Source: Blastocladiella emersonii ATCC 22665 (Eukaryota; Fungi; Blastocladiomycota). Taken from it: a stretch of DNA of 64,000 nt. Below are positions 1 to 10,788 of this stretch, one piece after another (the stretch's first letter is position 1; every line of letters starts with the position of its first letter). The notes under the pieces were generated by a model. That model was given only the letters and a program-made list of their open reading frames with translations, made no database searches and was not told where the DNA came from. The stretch is taken from NCBI GenBank assembly GCA_025594325.1, contig JANHCV010000007.1:124001-188000 (forward strand), in the 5' to 3' direction. The position numbers and the translations under genes are program-made.

Positions 1-1889
1 TGAAGGTGAAGTGGCACCGTGGGCAATGCTTGGTGGTCCACGGCGTGCGCCGGCGGCCCGTCACCAGGTCGCACGCGCCGTCCGCGCGCTGCTGCGGCGT
101 CGACAGCGCCGTGCACACGGCGCACCGCTTGGACGTGTACCCCTCGGCGACGCGGAAGATGTCGACACCGCGGCGCACCAGCTGGTCCACGATCTCGACG
201 ACGGGACCGTGATGAGGGACACGGATCCCGCCGTACGTGAACTGGTGGCCGATGAGCACGACCGCGTCGTCGAGCGGCTTGGCCAGCTTGTCGAACATCC
301 TCTGGCGCTGCCGGTGCGTGAAGAAGTTGAGGCGCCCGAGCGCCGCGCGCCCCGCCTCGGCGAGCGTCGCCTCCTCGGCAGCCACGTTGGCGCGGATCTT
401 GTCGGCGAGCGGGCGGGCGGGGTGCGCGGCCGCGGCACAGGCCTTGTCGTGCTTGTCGAGCCTGTGCTGCGTGCGCCACTTGCGCGAGCGGCGCGACTTG
501 ATGTGCGAGCCGGTCTTGTGGTGGAACTCGGTCGCCGAAATGCCGTCAAACCGGTGATCGAGGCCCTCCTTGGTGAGGGCGACGTCGAGCAGGGTCTCGC
601 TCAGCGGCTCGAGGGCCGCAGCCAGCGCGTCCTCGTCCAGCGCCGGGTTGGCGTGCAGCGCGGCGGCCTCGGCGACGACGTTGTCCTTGAGGTGGTAGAG
701 GAGCGGGAGCGACACGGAGATGGCCTCGATGGGCGAGTTGGCGTCGGGGTCGATTGAGACACCCTTGGTCTTGCCGGCGCGCACCGGGATCGGGCCGTCG
801 TGCAGGTTCATGCCGGCGCCGCGGCGGCGGTCGACACGGTGCTGCGGTGGCGGCGAGAAGACGAGCGGTGGATCGCCGGGCTCCACGTCAGGCTCGACGA
901 GCGGGCCGGTCAGGGCAAGCTTGACTCGGTTGGCGTCGGACATTTTCTTGCGGATCCGTGTCGACGGCGCGTGGTCGTGCGGGCGGAGCCCATCGCGGCA
1001 CATGAGGACCCGCGCCGAGTACCCGTCCGTCATGATCGAGCCGTAGAATTGGTTGATGGGTTGGGCGCCGCGCCGAAGCCGCCAGCACAGGTCGTGCTTG
1101 ATGAACGAGGAGCAGTGGGCGAGCAGGTAGTCCCAGTGCACCTTTGCGAGGCGCGCATCCTCGAGCTCGTACTCGGCGACGCGCTCCAGCGCATCGGTCC
1201 AGTCCATGCCGTCCGCGTCGGGTCGTCGAGCACGTCGTAGTCGCCTTTCGGCCAGGCGGCGAATATGCCGCGGGTGATGGGCGACGGCGGCTTTCCACGA
1301 CCCGCGGCCGACATGAGGGCCTCGAAGGGCATGTGGAAGAAGCGGCCGCGGACCTTGAGCTGCGGCACCGTGGGCGGGACCGGGGTCGACGCCTGGATGA
1401 GCCCGCGCGGACGTAGTCGTCGCGCAGGCGGTGCAGGCGCAGCAGGCGCTGGAGCCAGGGGACGCCGTCGATGTTGATGCCAGCGTCACCGCGGACGAGG
1501 TGCTTGGTGTTGCGGACCAGCGCGTCGACCTCATCCGCGTCCTCGGGGTGCCGCTCGAGCCACCAGTCGAGCTGGTAGTGGGCGAGCAGCGCGGCCTCGG
1601 CCGTCTTGACCTCCTGCTTGACGAGGGCCTCGGCCAGCGTGGTAATGTACTTGTCGCCCTCCTTCCACCCCTCGCGCTCGATCTCGCCCACGTAGGTGCG
1701 CGCCAGCGGGTCCATGGGGACCGGTCGGCCTCCGCCGATGCAGTTGCGGGCGTAGACGGCGAGGAGGTTGGGCGTCTGCAGCGCGATGATCTTGAGCGAG
1801 TTGTACGGCCGGACGCGCTGATCACGCCGCGTGAGCGAGTGACGCACCGGCTGGCAAACGCGCTTTCGGCCGACCTCCCTCGCTGCCAC
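1..1889 (-). mobile_element. Fz1: Fanzor1-like (TnpB/Cas12-family) RuvC nuclease gene; about 630 codons visible, two apparent single-base frameshifts, 3' end outside the window
   Basis: Manual translation of the minus frame that is open from about 1220 to base 1 gives FYGSIMTDGYSARVL (Fanzor1-type TDG motif), GVSIDPD (RuvC-I Asp), FDGISATEFHHKTG, VVLIGHQF, FRVAEGYTSKRCAVC (RuvC-II Glu plus CxxC) and KHCPRCHFTF (second CxxC). The upstream parts lie in track ORFs 888..1889 and 1030..1368 and join if one base is added near 1403 and one near 1221. RuvC-III and the omegaRNA would lie left of base 1. Confidence 0.88.
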
Positions 1890-1894
1890 AAGAC

Positions 1895-3854
1895 GTGCTT
1901 GGTGTCATCCGCAACGCCGACCGCATCCTCGCCGCCCTCAACGCTGGGCACGAGGGAGAGCGGTACCCGGTCAAGTTCCGCCGGATCCTGACCATATGCG
2001 CACCCGTTGACCCGGGCATCACGGGCATCGACGCGCCGGCCGCCGACGGCCAGTTCCACTTCTTGGGCGTGTCCGTGCCGACCGACTACGCAGGCCCGCT
2101 CGGGCCGTTCGCGGCCGATGTGCTGGTCCGCGCGCAGCTCGCGCAGCTCATCTCGGACCGCACCAGCAGCCCGCGCGTGTCGCGGCTCATGTGCCTTGAG
2201 CTGCAGCCCGACCGCCTGCCGCAAGGAGAGGGCGACTCGGACGCGACCCTCGCGGCCATGAGCTTCGATCTCAACCACGGTTATATTCGCGTGCCCACCT
2301 TTGATCGAGAGTACGTCTGATTCGCTCGCATTCCACCTCCACGCCGCCCGCTCACCACGATTCCCACCACCCTAGCCTCGGACGTCTCGCGTCCATTGTG
2401 TTCTCGGTTCGCCCTCTCGGGAACCAGGCCATGGACGTGGACGCGCCTGCAGCGCCGCGGCAACGGCGTCGTGATCCGCAACTCGGGATCGAGTATGACC
2501 TGCGCGCCCCGAAGTACGTGCAGCATGACGCGTACGACACCGGCGAGCGCGAGCGCGACCGCGTCGTGGCCACCGAGCGCACCTACGTCTCCGTCTTTCG
2601 CAAGGACGAGAAGAACATGTGGATCGGGTCCATTTCGTACGGGTCGCCGCAAATCGTCTGCGGGCAGTGGTCCAAGGGCCAGTCGCGGCAGTCGCGCGAC
2701 ATCATGCTCGGGCGCAAGCTCCCGCCCAAGACGGAGCTGTGCCGCTTGTTCAAGGTGGACGCGATCCGCGCCGAGCTCGTCTTTGTCGCGCTCCCGTCTA
2801 TGCACGTGCCGGCCGAGGACGGCGCGCCCGCGGCACGCGGTGCGCCAGGTGGTCGTGGTCGGCATGTCGGACGTGATGGTGCAGCTCCCCCCGTCGGTGG
2901 CCTGCCGCCGGAAATGCCGCAGCAGCCGCCGCTCGCGGCGGTCGTGGTGCTCAAGGCGGCGGCGGTCGTGGTGCTCAAGGCGGTCGTGGTGCCCAAGGCC
3001 GCGGCCGTGGTGCTCAAGGCGGCCGAAGTGGTGCTCGTGGTCGTGACCGAGGTGCGGCGGCAGTCCCCTCCATCCCCGTCCCGCCGCCTGGTCCCGCAGG
3101 TGCCGCGGCGGCCCCCTACTTCGGCGCCCCACCGCCCGCTCCCGCCGGTGCCGCGGCGGTCCCCTTCGGCGCCCCGATGCTGCAGCCCGGTCCCGCAGGT
3201 GCCGTGACGGGCCCCATCGACGTCCTGCTGCCGCAGCCCGCTCCTGCTGCCGCCTCAATCCCCGCGGGCATCTCGTCGCCTCGTCTTGCAGGTGCCGCGG
3301 CGACAGGGGCCGGCACTCCGCTGCGTCCACGTCCGTCAGTGAGCGCCGCCACGGCTCCCCCATCACCCGCGTCTTGGAGCACCATCGCCGCCACTCCGCC
3401 GCGCCCGCTCGCTCCGCTTCCTGCCGCGCGGTCGCGCCCTCGCACGCCAACGATTGCCTCCTCGGCCGCCTCTTCACCATCGTCGTGGGGTGCCTCCTTC
3501 TCAACCTCGCCGCAGCCGCACACTTCGCCCGCTCGCGCAGCACCACACGCATCCGCATCGTCGAGTGCGGCCTCACGCTCATCTGCGTCGTCGAGGTCCG
3601 CTGCAGCCCAACACCCGCCCGCGTCGTCAAGCGCCACGGCCGCGGCTCCTCTTGCCCTTCCGCTGCTCGCGACTTTCAAAACGGTTGCGGATCAGCTCAC
3701 TAACATGGAGCTCACCGCTGCCGCAGCCTATGCCATGACGCCGCCCGGACGGGCCTTCATCATTGACAAGTTTGCCAACAGGCTCTCGCTACACAATGTT
3801 GTCCAGAATTTCTTGGACTTCTACGAGAGACGGCCTCAGAGACGGGAGGAGTAG
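1895..3854 (+). CDS. Uncharacterised protein: globular-looking N-terminal region, GGRGAQG repeats, Pro/Ala/Ser-rich tract and short helical C-terminus; 5' end unresolved; one apparent frameshift
   Basis: ORF 1895..2320 joins ORF 2398+ in frame through an intron at 2311-2375 (GTACGT donor, CTCAC branch-like site, CCTAG acceptor). A frameshift near 2887-2902 leads into the frame reading AAGNAAAAAARGGRGAQG..., which continues into ORF 3177..3854. Third codon positions are strongly C/G-biased. Confidence 0.6.
2936..3045 (+). repeat. Imperfect tandem repeat of about 18-24 nt (ggcggtcgtggtgctcaa) encoding GGRGAQG
   Basis: About four copies are directly visible in the sequence. Confidence 0.8.
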
Positions 3855-4722
3855 GTTGAATACATGGTGTTATGGTCATTTTCGTGTGGGTCCTTTTGCG
3901 TCGAGGAGCGTCAGCGCAAGTTCTCCAGCGAGCAGAGCAGAGCCCGCAGGCTGGCAGAGAGCGAGCAGCGAAAATGGAGCCACTCACGTGCGTGGCGCCT
4001 CCACTAGCCTCGGCTTGAGTCTGAGCTCAACCGAGACGATGGCGACTTTGCCCTGCTCGCTCTCGCGTCGAAACGTTCGTCACCACCACAATGGCACGAA
4101 GCACCATGCATCAACGCCGCCGCCGTGCACACGCGTGCAGAATCGACAAACGCACCCGCCCGCGCACCGCCGCCGCGCCGAATCGCACATCGCCGTGCCG
4201 CCACCTCGGTGTCCACCCTGAACCATCCACCGTCGCCGCGCCGCCGTCCTGCCGAAACTATGCATCAACACCACGAAAATGCGGCTCCGTGACCGGCTGG
4301 ATGGTTTTCGGTGGACACCTTGCCGAAACGCTCGCCCCGGAGTCCCTGCGCACGAACGGGTAAGGGGAACCTAACGTCCATTGGCGCTGGTGACCAGAGA
4401 CCGTGGCGGAGCTCTCGACGTGCGGGAGCGCACCCTGTCGGATCGCCGTGCTCGCCAGCGCTATTTGTCGGACGGCGTGTCGTCCTAGGCGAAACGCCGT
4501 CTAGTCGACGTGCTGGCGTTCGTGGCGGTAGAGCACAGAAGATTGCGGTGTGGTGGTGGTCACGGCGTCGTATGTCGCGGGGGTGAGACTATGGCGGTGT
4601 GGACGTCTGCGTGACGTGCACCCGTCGATTCTGCGCTGCGTTGCGTCGGCGGCCGAGCGAACCTACGACCCTGTGATCTGGACGGCCGAGGCTGACGCCT
4701 GCCCCCGCTGTCCCGCTGTTAG

Positions 4723-4937
4723 CCCTCGAACAAGACCTTCAAGATCAAGCGCGTGCTCGGCAAGAAGCAGCGCCAGAACCGCCCCATCCCCCAGTGGATC
4801 CGTCTCCGCACGGACAACACCATCCGGTACGCCTTCTGCGCGGTCACGGACGTCTTGAGCCACGATCTGACTCTTCCTCGCCCCATAGCTACAACGCCAA
4901 GCGCCGCAACTGGCGCCGCACCAAGCTCAACATCTAA
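4723..4937 (+). CDS. RPL39: 60S ribosomal protein L39 (eL39); first exon carrying the ATG not located
   Basis: The exons read [35 protein letters not shown] and [15 protein letters not shown], with an intron at 4827-4888 and an acceptor AG at 4721-4722. Confidence 0.95.
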
Positions 4938-5152
4938 GGTGTTGTGCTCAACGGCCCGGGCCCAAAAACGTGCAAGGCATGGATCCTCGTGGGGTGTGGT
5001 TGTCGCTGCAATACAGGTAGTGGGAGCTGTCCCTGTCGTGTTGATTCGCTGCTCTCGCGCGCTCTAATCTTTGATCTTTGTTTGTTGTGTCTCTGCATGC
5101 ACTTGATCGTGAAGGCTAAGTAAGATCATATTGGTCTTGATGACGGACAAGA

Positions 5153-6100
5153 TCACTCAAGCGACTCGCGGCGGTCGCCGATCGCGGTCAGCATGTTGCG
5201 GAAGTAGCTCATGCGCGATGTGGCATCGCGGGCGGCAGCGACGCCGGGCGAGTCGAGGTCGACGGGGTCAGCGTCGCCGCGGCGCACGGCGAGCGGGTTT
5301 GGGAGCTCGGCGAAGGCGGCGTCGAGGTCGGCCATGGCCGTGTCGATCGCGTCTACACGATCCTGAAATGAGCGGCGCGTTCACGGGGAGGGAGCACAGC
5401 CAAACGTACCCTGGACCTCGGCCTGGATCCCATCGAGCTCCTCGTGCGACGCGGCCTCGTCAATGGCCTCGCGCGTCTCCATGACGAACATGAGGATCTC
5501 GGGGTCATCCACAGGCATGGCATCCTCCGCGACCTCGACGCCCAGCAGCCCGAGAATGTACTCTGCGCGGCTCAGGTCGTCCTTGACGACGCCGTACGCG
5601 TTGTTCAGCGCATTCGACTGCGCAGCGGCCGCGTCGTGCAGGTCGGCGTCGCCCGTGAACTTGTCGGGGTGCACGGCGCGCTGGGTGGCGAGGAACCGTG
5701 TGCGGACCGCGGGCTGGTCGACCTGCCACAGCGGGAGCGCCGAGGTCGACGAGTACGTCAGGTCGCCCGACGCCAGCAGGTCAAAGTGCGTCGTGAGCGA
5801 GGGGCCCGCGTACGGCTGCGGCCGCGCGCATTGCGGGCACACGGCGGCGACGGTGGGTGTCGGGAAGTGGCAGCCCGCGCACGGGCGTAGGGCAGAGGTG
5901 TCGGACGTCGAGTACGCGCGGGCGAGCGAGGAGCGGCGGAGGATCGGCGCAGCGCAGTAGCGGGCAGCGGGTGATGATGGCACCGATCGCGCGGCGAGCA
6001 GCGATGACACGGAGCGCGTGGTGGCCGCAGGTACGCGGCGCAGCGCGTGTGCGGCGAGTCGGTTCATGGGATTCCGGAGCATGGCGTTGTTCATGAGCAT
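5153..6100 (-). CDS. HSC20: Mitochondrial Fe-S cluster co-chaperone HscB/HSC20 (J-protein)
   Basis: Has a mitochondrial-presequence-like N-terminus, CAGC...CPQC, the J-domain HPD motif (VHPDKF), and LNNAYGVVKDDLSRAEYIL, DPEILMFVMETRE. Intron at 5353-5409. The start is one of several ATGs at 6067-6100. Confidence 0.9.
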
Positions 6101-6244
6101 CCGTTCGTGATGGCAGGGAGAGCGCGAGCACAGGTCGGCAGCGATCGGCGACTTGGCGGGTGGTCGGCCCCGAGCGCGTGTGCGGCTCGGCTCACGTCGA
6201 CGCGGTCGCATCGTCCCATCTCCTTTCGCTCAGCGACCAACATC

Positions 6245-7618
6245 ATGGAATCCAATGAACCCCCATCGCGAAAACGCCCACGCAGTTCACCCTCCGGCCC
6301 CGTCCTGATCGTCGTCCACGCCGGCGCAGGCCAACACGCCGCGCGGCTCGACGCCGTGTACCGTTCCGCGTGCGAGCGCGCGTGCCTTGCTGCTGCCGCC
6401 GTCCCTCCGCCCGATCAGGGTAGCCACGCGCTGGCCGCCGTCGTGGCCGCGATCTCCGTCCTCGAAGACGACCCGGCGCTGAACGCGGGCACCGGGTCGA
6501 ACTTGACGTGGGACGGCGCCGTCGAGTGCGATGCTGCGGTCATGGAGTCCGAGGGCGCGCGGTTTGGTGCTGTGGGCGCGGTGAAGGGGGTCCGGAACCC
6601 CGTCATGGCGGCGAGAGAGGTGCTCGACGCGCAGCGCGGCGGGCTGTTGCCCGGTGGGCGGGTGCCGCCCATGTACGGCTGCACGAGGGCTGTGAGAGAT
6701 CGCGGCTGACGCGGACCTAGGCTTCTCGCAGGCGCCGGCGCTCGCGCGTGGATCGAGCGACATGCGGCCGACTTGCTGTGTGACCCTGACGAGCTGATCA
6801 CTGGTCCGTCATCGCCTACTCTCCCTCACACCCGCGCACTGAGCTGACCTTCTCGGTACAGACGCGTCCCGCGCGCGGTTCCTCCGCCACCGCGCCATCT
6901 GCTCCGCCGCGGGTTCAACGCCGCTCAACGACCCGCTCAACCACGACACGGTCGGGTGCGTCGTGCTCGACGCTGACGGCCACGTTGCCGCGGGCGTGTC
7001 GAGCGGCGGCATCTCGCTCAAGTACTCGGGCCGCGTGGGCGAGGTACACGCTGCGGCGCTCTCACTCTCGCAATCGGCGCTGATCTGACCCCCGAGCTAG
7101 GCCGCCATGTACGCCGCGGGTGTGTGGACCCAGCAGTCTTCGTCCGACAGCGTACGCGTCGCCGTGAGCTGCTCGGGCACCGGCGAGCAGATCATGCACC
7201 AGCTGCTGGCCAAGACGGTCGCCGACGCACTCGCGTTAGGCGGCGAGGATGATTCCGTCGAGCGCGTCAAGGGCGTCTTGCACCGCGCTGCAGAGTCGAC
7301 GGCGGGGTTTGGCGAATCAGCGGTCGGGTTCGTTGCGATTGAGGCCGGCGAGGATGGTGCAGGTACGCAGCACCGAGTATCTCACTGCGAGCTTGAGAGC
7401 TCACCTTTCACGCTGCGTGTAGAGTACGGCGTTCAGCACCAGCGAACAGTGCCACGCGCTCACAGACCGGATGTAGAGTCCACCTCGGCCACACGACGCC
7501 GTCGCTCGCCGCGGCCATCTGGACCGCGCGCCGTCCGCGATCGACGCGGTTCATTCTCTCGCGCAAGCGCGAAGGCGCGCCGATCGCGCACCAGACTCAC
7601 TACTTCCCAACCACCTAG
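6245..7618 (+). CDS. TASP1: Threonine aspartase 1 (taspase-1; asparaginase type 2 family), multi-exon
   Basis: Motifs IVVHAGAG, LEDDPALNAGTGSNLT, VECDAAVM, HDTVGCV (nucleophilic Thr), SSGGISLKYSGRVG, VSCSGTGEQI and HTTPSL. The last splice junction is unresolved. Confidence 0.85.
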
Positions 7619-7642
7619 CCCATACACCAGTATATCACCAAT

Positions 7643-9691
7643 TCATGACCCCTGCCCATCCGCCGCCTCCGCCTCATCCTCGTGCGTACCCCGCCGCCGC
7701 TGGCGCCCCGCGGCCGCGGCCGCCGTGAGTAGCGACACGCGCAGCTGCGTGACGGCGAGATTCGTCCTCAGCAGCGTAGCGAGGAACGCGGCACGGGTAC
7801 CCTGGTCGCGCGCGAGGATCACGGCGGCGGGCTCGGACCCGGCGACGCCGACGGGCGGCCGCGTGTACCGGAAGTCGCGGATCACGGCCGCGTAGTAGGC
7901 GTCCATGAACCGCGTGAAGTAGGACTGGCGCCACTTGAGCGAGCAGTCGAGTAGTGAGACGAGCTCGGCGAGTTGGAGAAGTGGCCACGGCCACGTCGCG
8001 GATTTGATGAATTGCGCGGCGAGCGAAGCGGGTTCGTCCTGGACCTAGATTCGTTGCGGATGAGTTGTGTGAAACGAGGTGGGTGTAGCGAGCACACGTA
8101 CCATGTGGGAGAGGACTTTGGCCGTGGTCGCGGGCGGCCACGACTGGGCAATGAACCCGACGACGAGCCCAGCGACGTCCGGCGTCAAGTCGAACGTCGC
8201 GACGAGGAGCAGCTTAGCGAGCGCGACCGCCGGCCACCCGGGCCCAAGCGGGTGCCTCAGCCCGCGCTCGGCACTGCCCTCGCTCCCCGCCGCCGCCGCG
8301 ACCTCGCTCAACGCCGGCTCCGTCCCACGTGCAACCTCCGCGGGCCGCGCGACCATCCAGTTGACGACCTGCGCGAGATGCCGGAGCGGGACCCGCGGCA
8401 CAATCCCGCGCAGCACGCGCGCGGCGAGCTCGGCGGTGGCCGGGTCCGTGACGTGGTCGACGAACCGCGTGTGGTGCTGCGCGTCGAACCCGGTGCGCAG
8501 GACCGCGTGGATCTGCGGGACGGTCAGGGTCGGCGCGTCGGCGATCAGGGCGAACAGGAGATCCTCCTCGTCAGCGTCAGCGTCATCGGGGACCGTCGTC
8601 GAAACGCTCGAGTCGGCGTGCGGGAGCAGCGGGGTCGGCGACGCCGCGAGCGCCGAGGCCGCTTGGTCCGAGACAGTGGCGTCGGCCCAGTCGGTCACGG
8701 ACGCGAGCGACGCGCAGGTCGCGAGGGACGCCTGCGAGTCCCCCGTCGCGAGCGCGGCCAGCTCGACGAGCATGGTCGGCGGCGGGAGCCGGTCGAACGC
8801 GGCGTCCGTGTCGCGGTCGTCGTCGTTGGCCTCGGTCGCGATCGTCGAGGGACACGCGGCGGGGAGCGATGACGATGGGGCCGGGTCGGCAGGCGCCGGT
8901 GCCGGGTTGAGGGCCACCTCGGAGCCCGATAGAGCGGCAGCGGCAGCTGGGCGGAGGGGAGGGGCTGCGGGGTTCGCCGAGTCGGTCACAGCGGGCGGAG
9001 CCGACGAGCTTGCGGGCGCAGCCGCGGCGTTGAGGGCCGTTTCGGACGCGACACGCGTGCGCAAAGGTTTCGCCGCGGGTGCAGGTCTTGCCGACTCGGC
9101 AGGAGTCGCGTCGGTTGGCGAGGGCAGGGGCGAGAGCGCGAACGGTGCCATGGACTGGCGCGCGATCCCGTGAGTGGCTGCGGCGAATCGTGGTGGCGCA
9201 GCAGCAGCCGCGGACACGGGCGGCGGTGGTGGCGGGGGAGGCGGGCCAGCCGCGGTCGCCGGTCGCGGTGGCGGGAGCGAGAGCGGGGCGAGCGGATCGA
9301 TCTCGCGCGCGACGGGCGAAGACGGGGCAGTCACGGGCCGTGGAGCAGCGACAGGGTCGGCGTCGTCGACGAGGGCCATGAACCGGTCGACGGCGCGCGG
9401 GTGGGCGCCGGCCGAGAGCACGTTGCGGCCGCGGGCGAGGACGAGCTCGCGCGCTGTGGCGTCGTAGTCGGTGCGGCCGTAGCGCAGGAACGCGTCGAGG
9501 CCGCCATTGTCCTCGTCTTCATCATCATCATCGGCGTCGCCGCGGTTGGGCGCGAGCAGCGAGCGCAGGCGGTCGGGCGCGACGACGACCTCGCGGCCGG
9601 TCAGGTCCGAGACGCGCAGGGGCGACTTTGCGTCAAAGAGCGTGGCGCAGGCGTCGTTCCACGCGGCGGTCGGGAGGCGGCCGACGCGCAT
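7643..9691 (-). CDS. Hypothetical protein with a central Pro/Ala-rich linker and helical C-terminal region; intron(s) near 7990-8110
   Basis: ORF 8045..9691 has a good start context (aacaaaccATG) and coding-like codon bias. A downstream exon reads LQLAELVSLLDCSLKWRQSYFTRFMDAYY and continues to the stop at 7643. Confidence 0.6.
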
Positions 9692-10788
9692 GGTTTGTTC
9701 GCGTGTGGCAGAATTCGATGCCGGCAGCGAGTGAAACGGGCAACTCTAACTCAAGCTCGCGACGAGGTGCAGCGGCAGCGGCAGGGCAAGATTCATGAGC
9801 CAGGTCGAGTCAGGATGTGCTGGATGGATCAGGAGAGCGTAGAGTTATCGACCGGTGGCCGCGGTCGTGGTCGCGGCGCGGGTCGGACGTGTCCCCCACG
9901 ATGGCCGGGGGGAGACATGGCGGCGGCGGCCAGCAGTGCGCGCGCGTCTCGCGGCCGCGCGACCATGGCCATGGCCACGGCCACGGTGGCGGGTGGTGGC
10001 CGCCACGACTCATGTGCCGGCCGGGCGCGGGCAGAGTCGGAGCGCGGTCAGTGGTTAAGGGATCATGGGGCGCCAGCGCCACCGCCGCAGCTCATCCCAG
10101 CCCCGCAGTTCCCTTGTTCGTGCGGTGGAAGGGCGCGTATTTTTGGGCGCGCTGCCTGGTGCCGGAACGAACCGCTGCGAGTCGCTGCGAGGGGTGGTGA
10201 GCGGGGTGCGGTTGCGTCGCGAAGCGTTCGCTGAGAGTGGGAGAGTACAAAGAGGGCGCGGCCCCCCGCGCGACTCCCCTCCCTCCTGCCCGCTTCTCCC
10301 TCCTTCCCGATTCCGCCCTAAGCGCACGCGACGCGACCTTTCGGTGCGTGCGTCCTTCCCTCCGCCGAATTCGGCCCCGTCCCCGCTCGCGTGCCCCAGG
10401 CGTGATGTCTCGCGCGCGCGTCTCGCACTCCCCCCTCGCCTCTGCCGCGCTACGCGTCGCGCGCGCGTGTCTCCGAGCACCGCGACACGGCCGTGTTCGC
10501 GAGCGAGCCATCGTCCACCACCAGCGCGATTCCCACGGCCGGGCGCGATCCTCCCCCCGCATGACCTGACCCCCGCGTGCCTGCGGTGAGCCTGGCGACC
10601 CGATCTGTTCCGATCCAACGCCGCTCGCCGTCGCTCTCTCTCCTCCTCCTCACCTGCCTCTTCACTGTTGATGCAACTTGTCGCTGACTCTGCCCACTTG
10701 CACTTGCCGCCCGCCAGACTCGTCGCTCCCTGATCCGCAACGGGAAACCACCACCACCTCGTGCCCGATCGCCCGCGCACCACCCACC

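Noticed and set aside
1985-2035. VDPGIT in the plus-strand ORF as a second RuvC-I motif
   Set aside because: No matching RuvC-II Glu or zinc-finger motif follows, and the motif is too short to be meaningful.
2936-3170. Short repeats near the Fanzor as a possible CRISPR-like array or guide array
   Set aside because: The units abut without unique spacers and translate as GGRGAQG and PAGAAA coding repeats.
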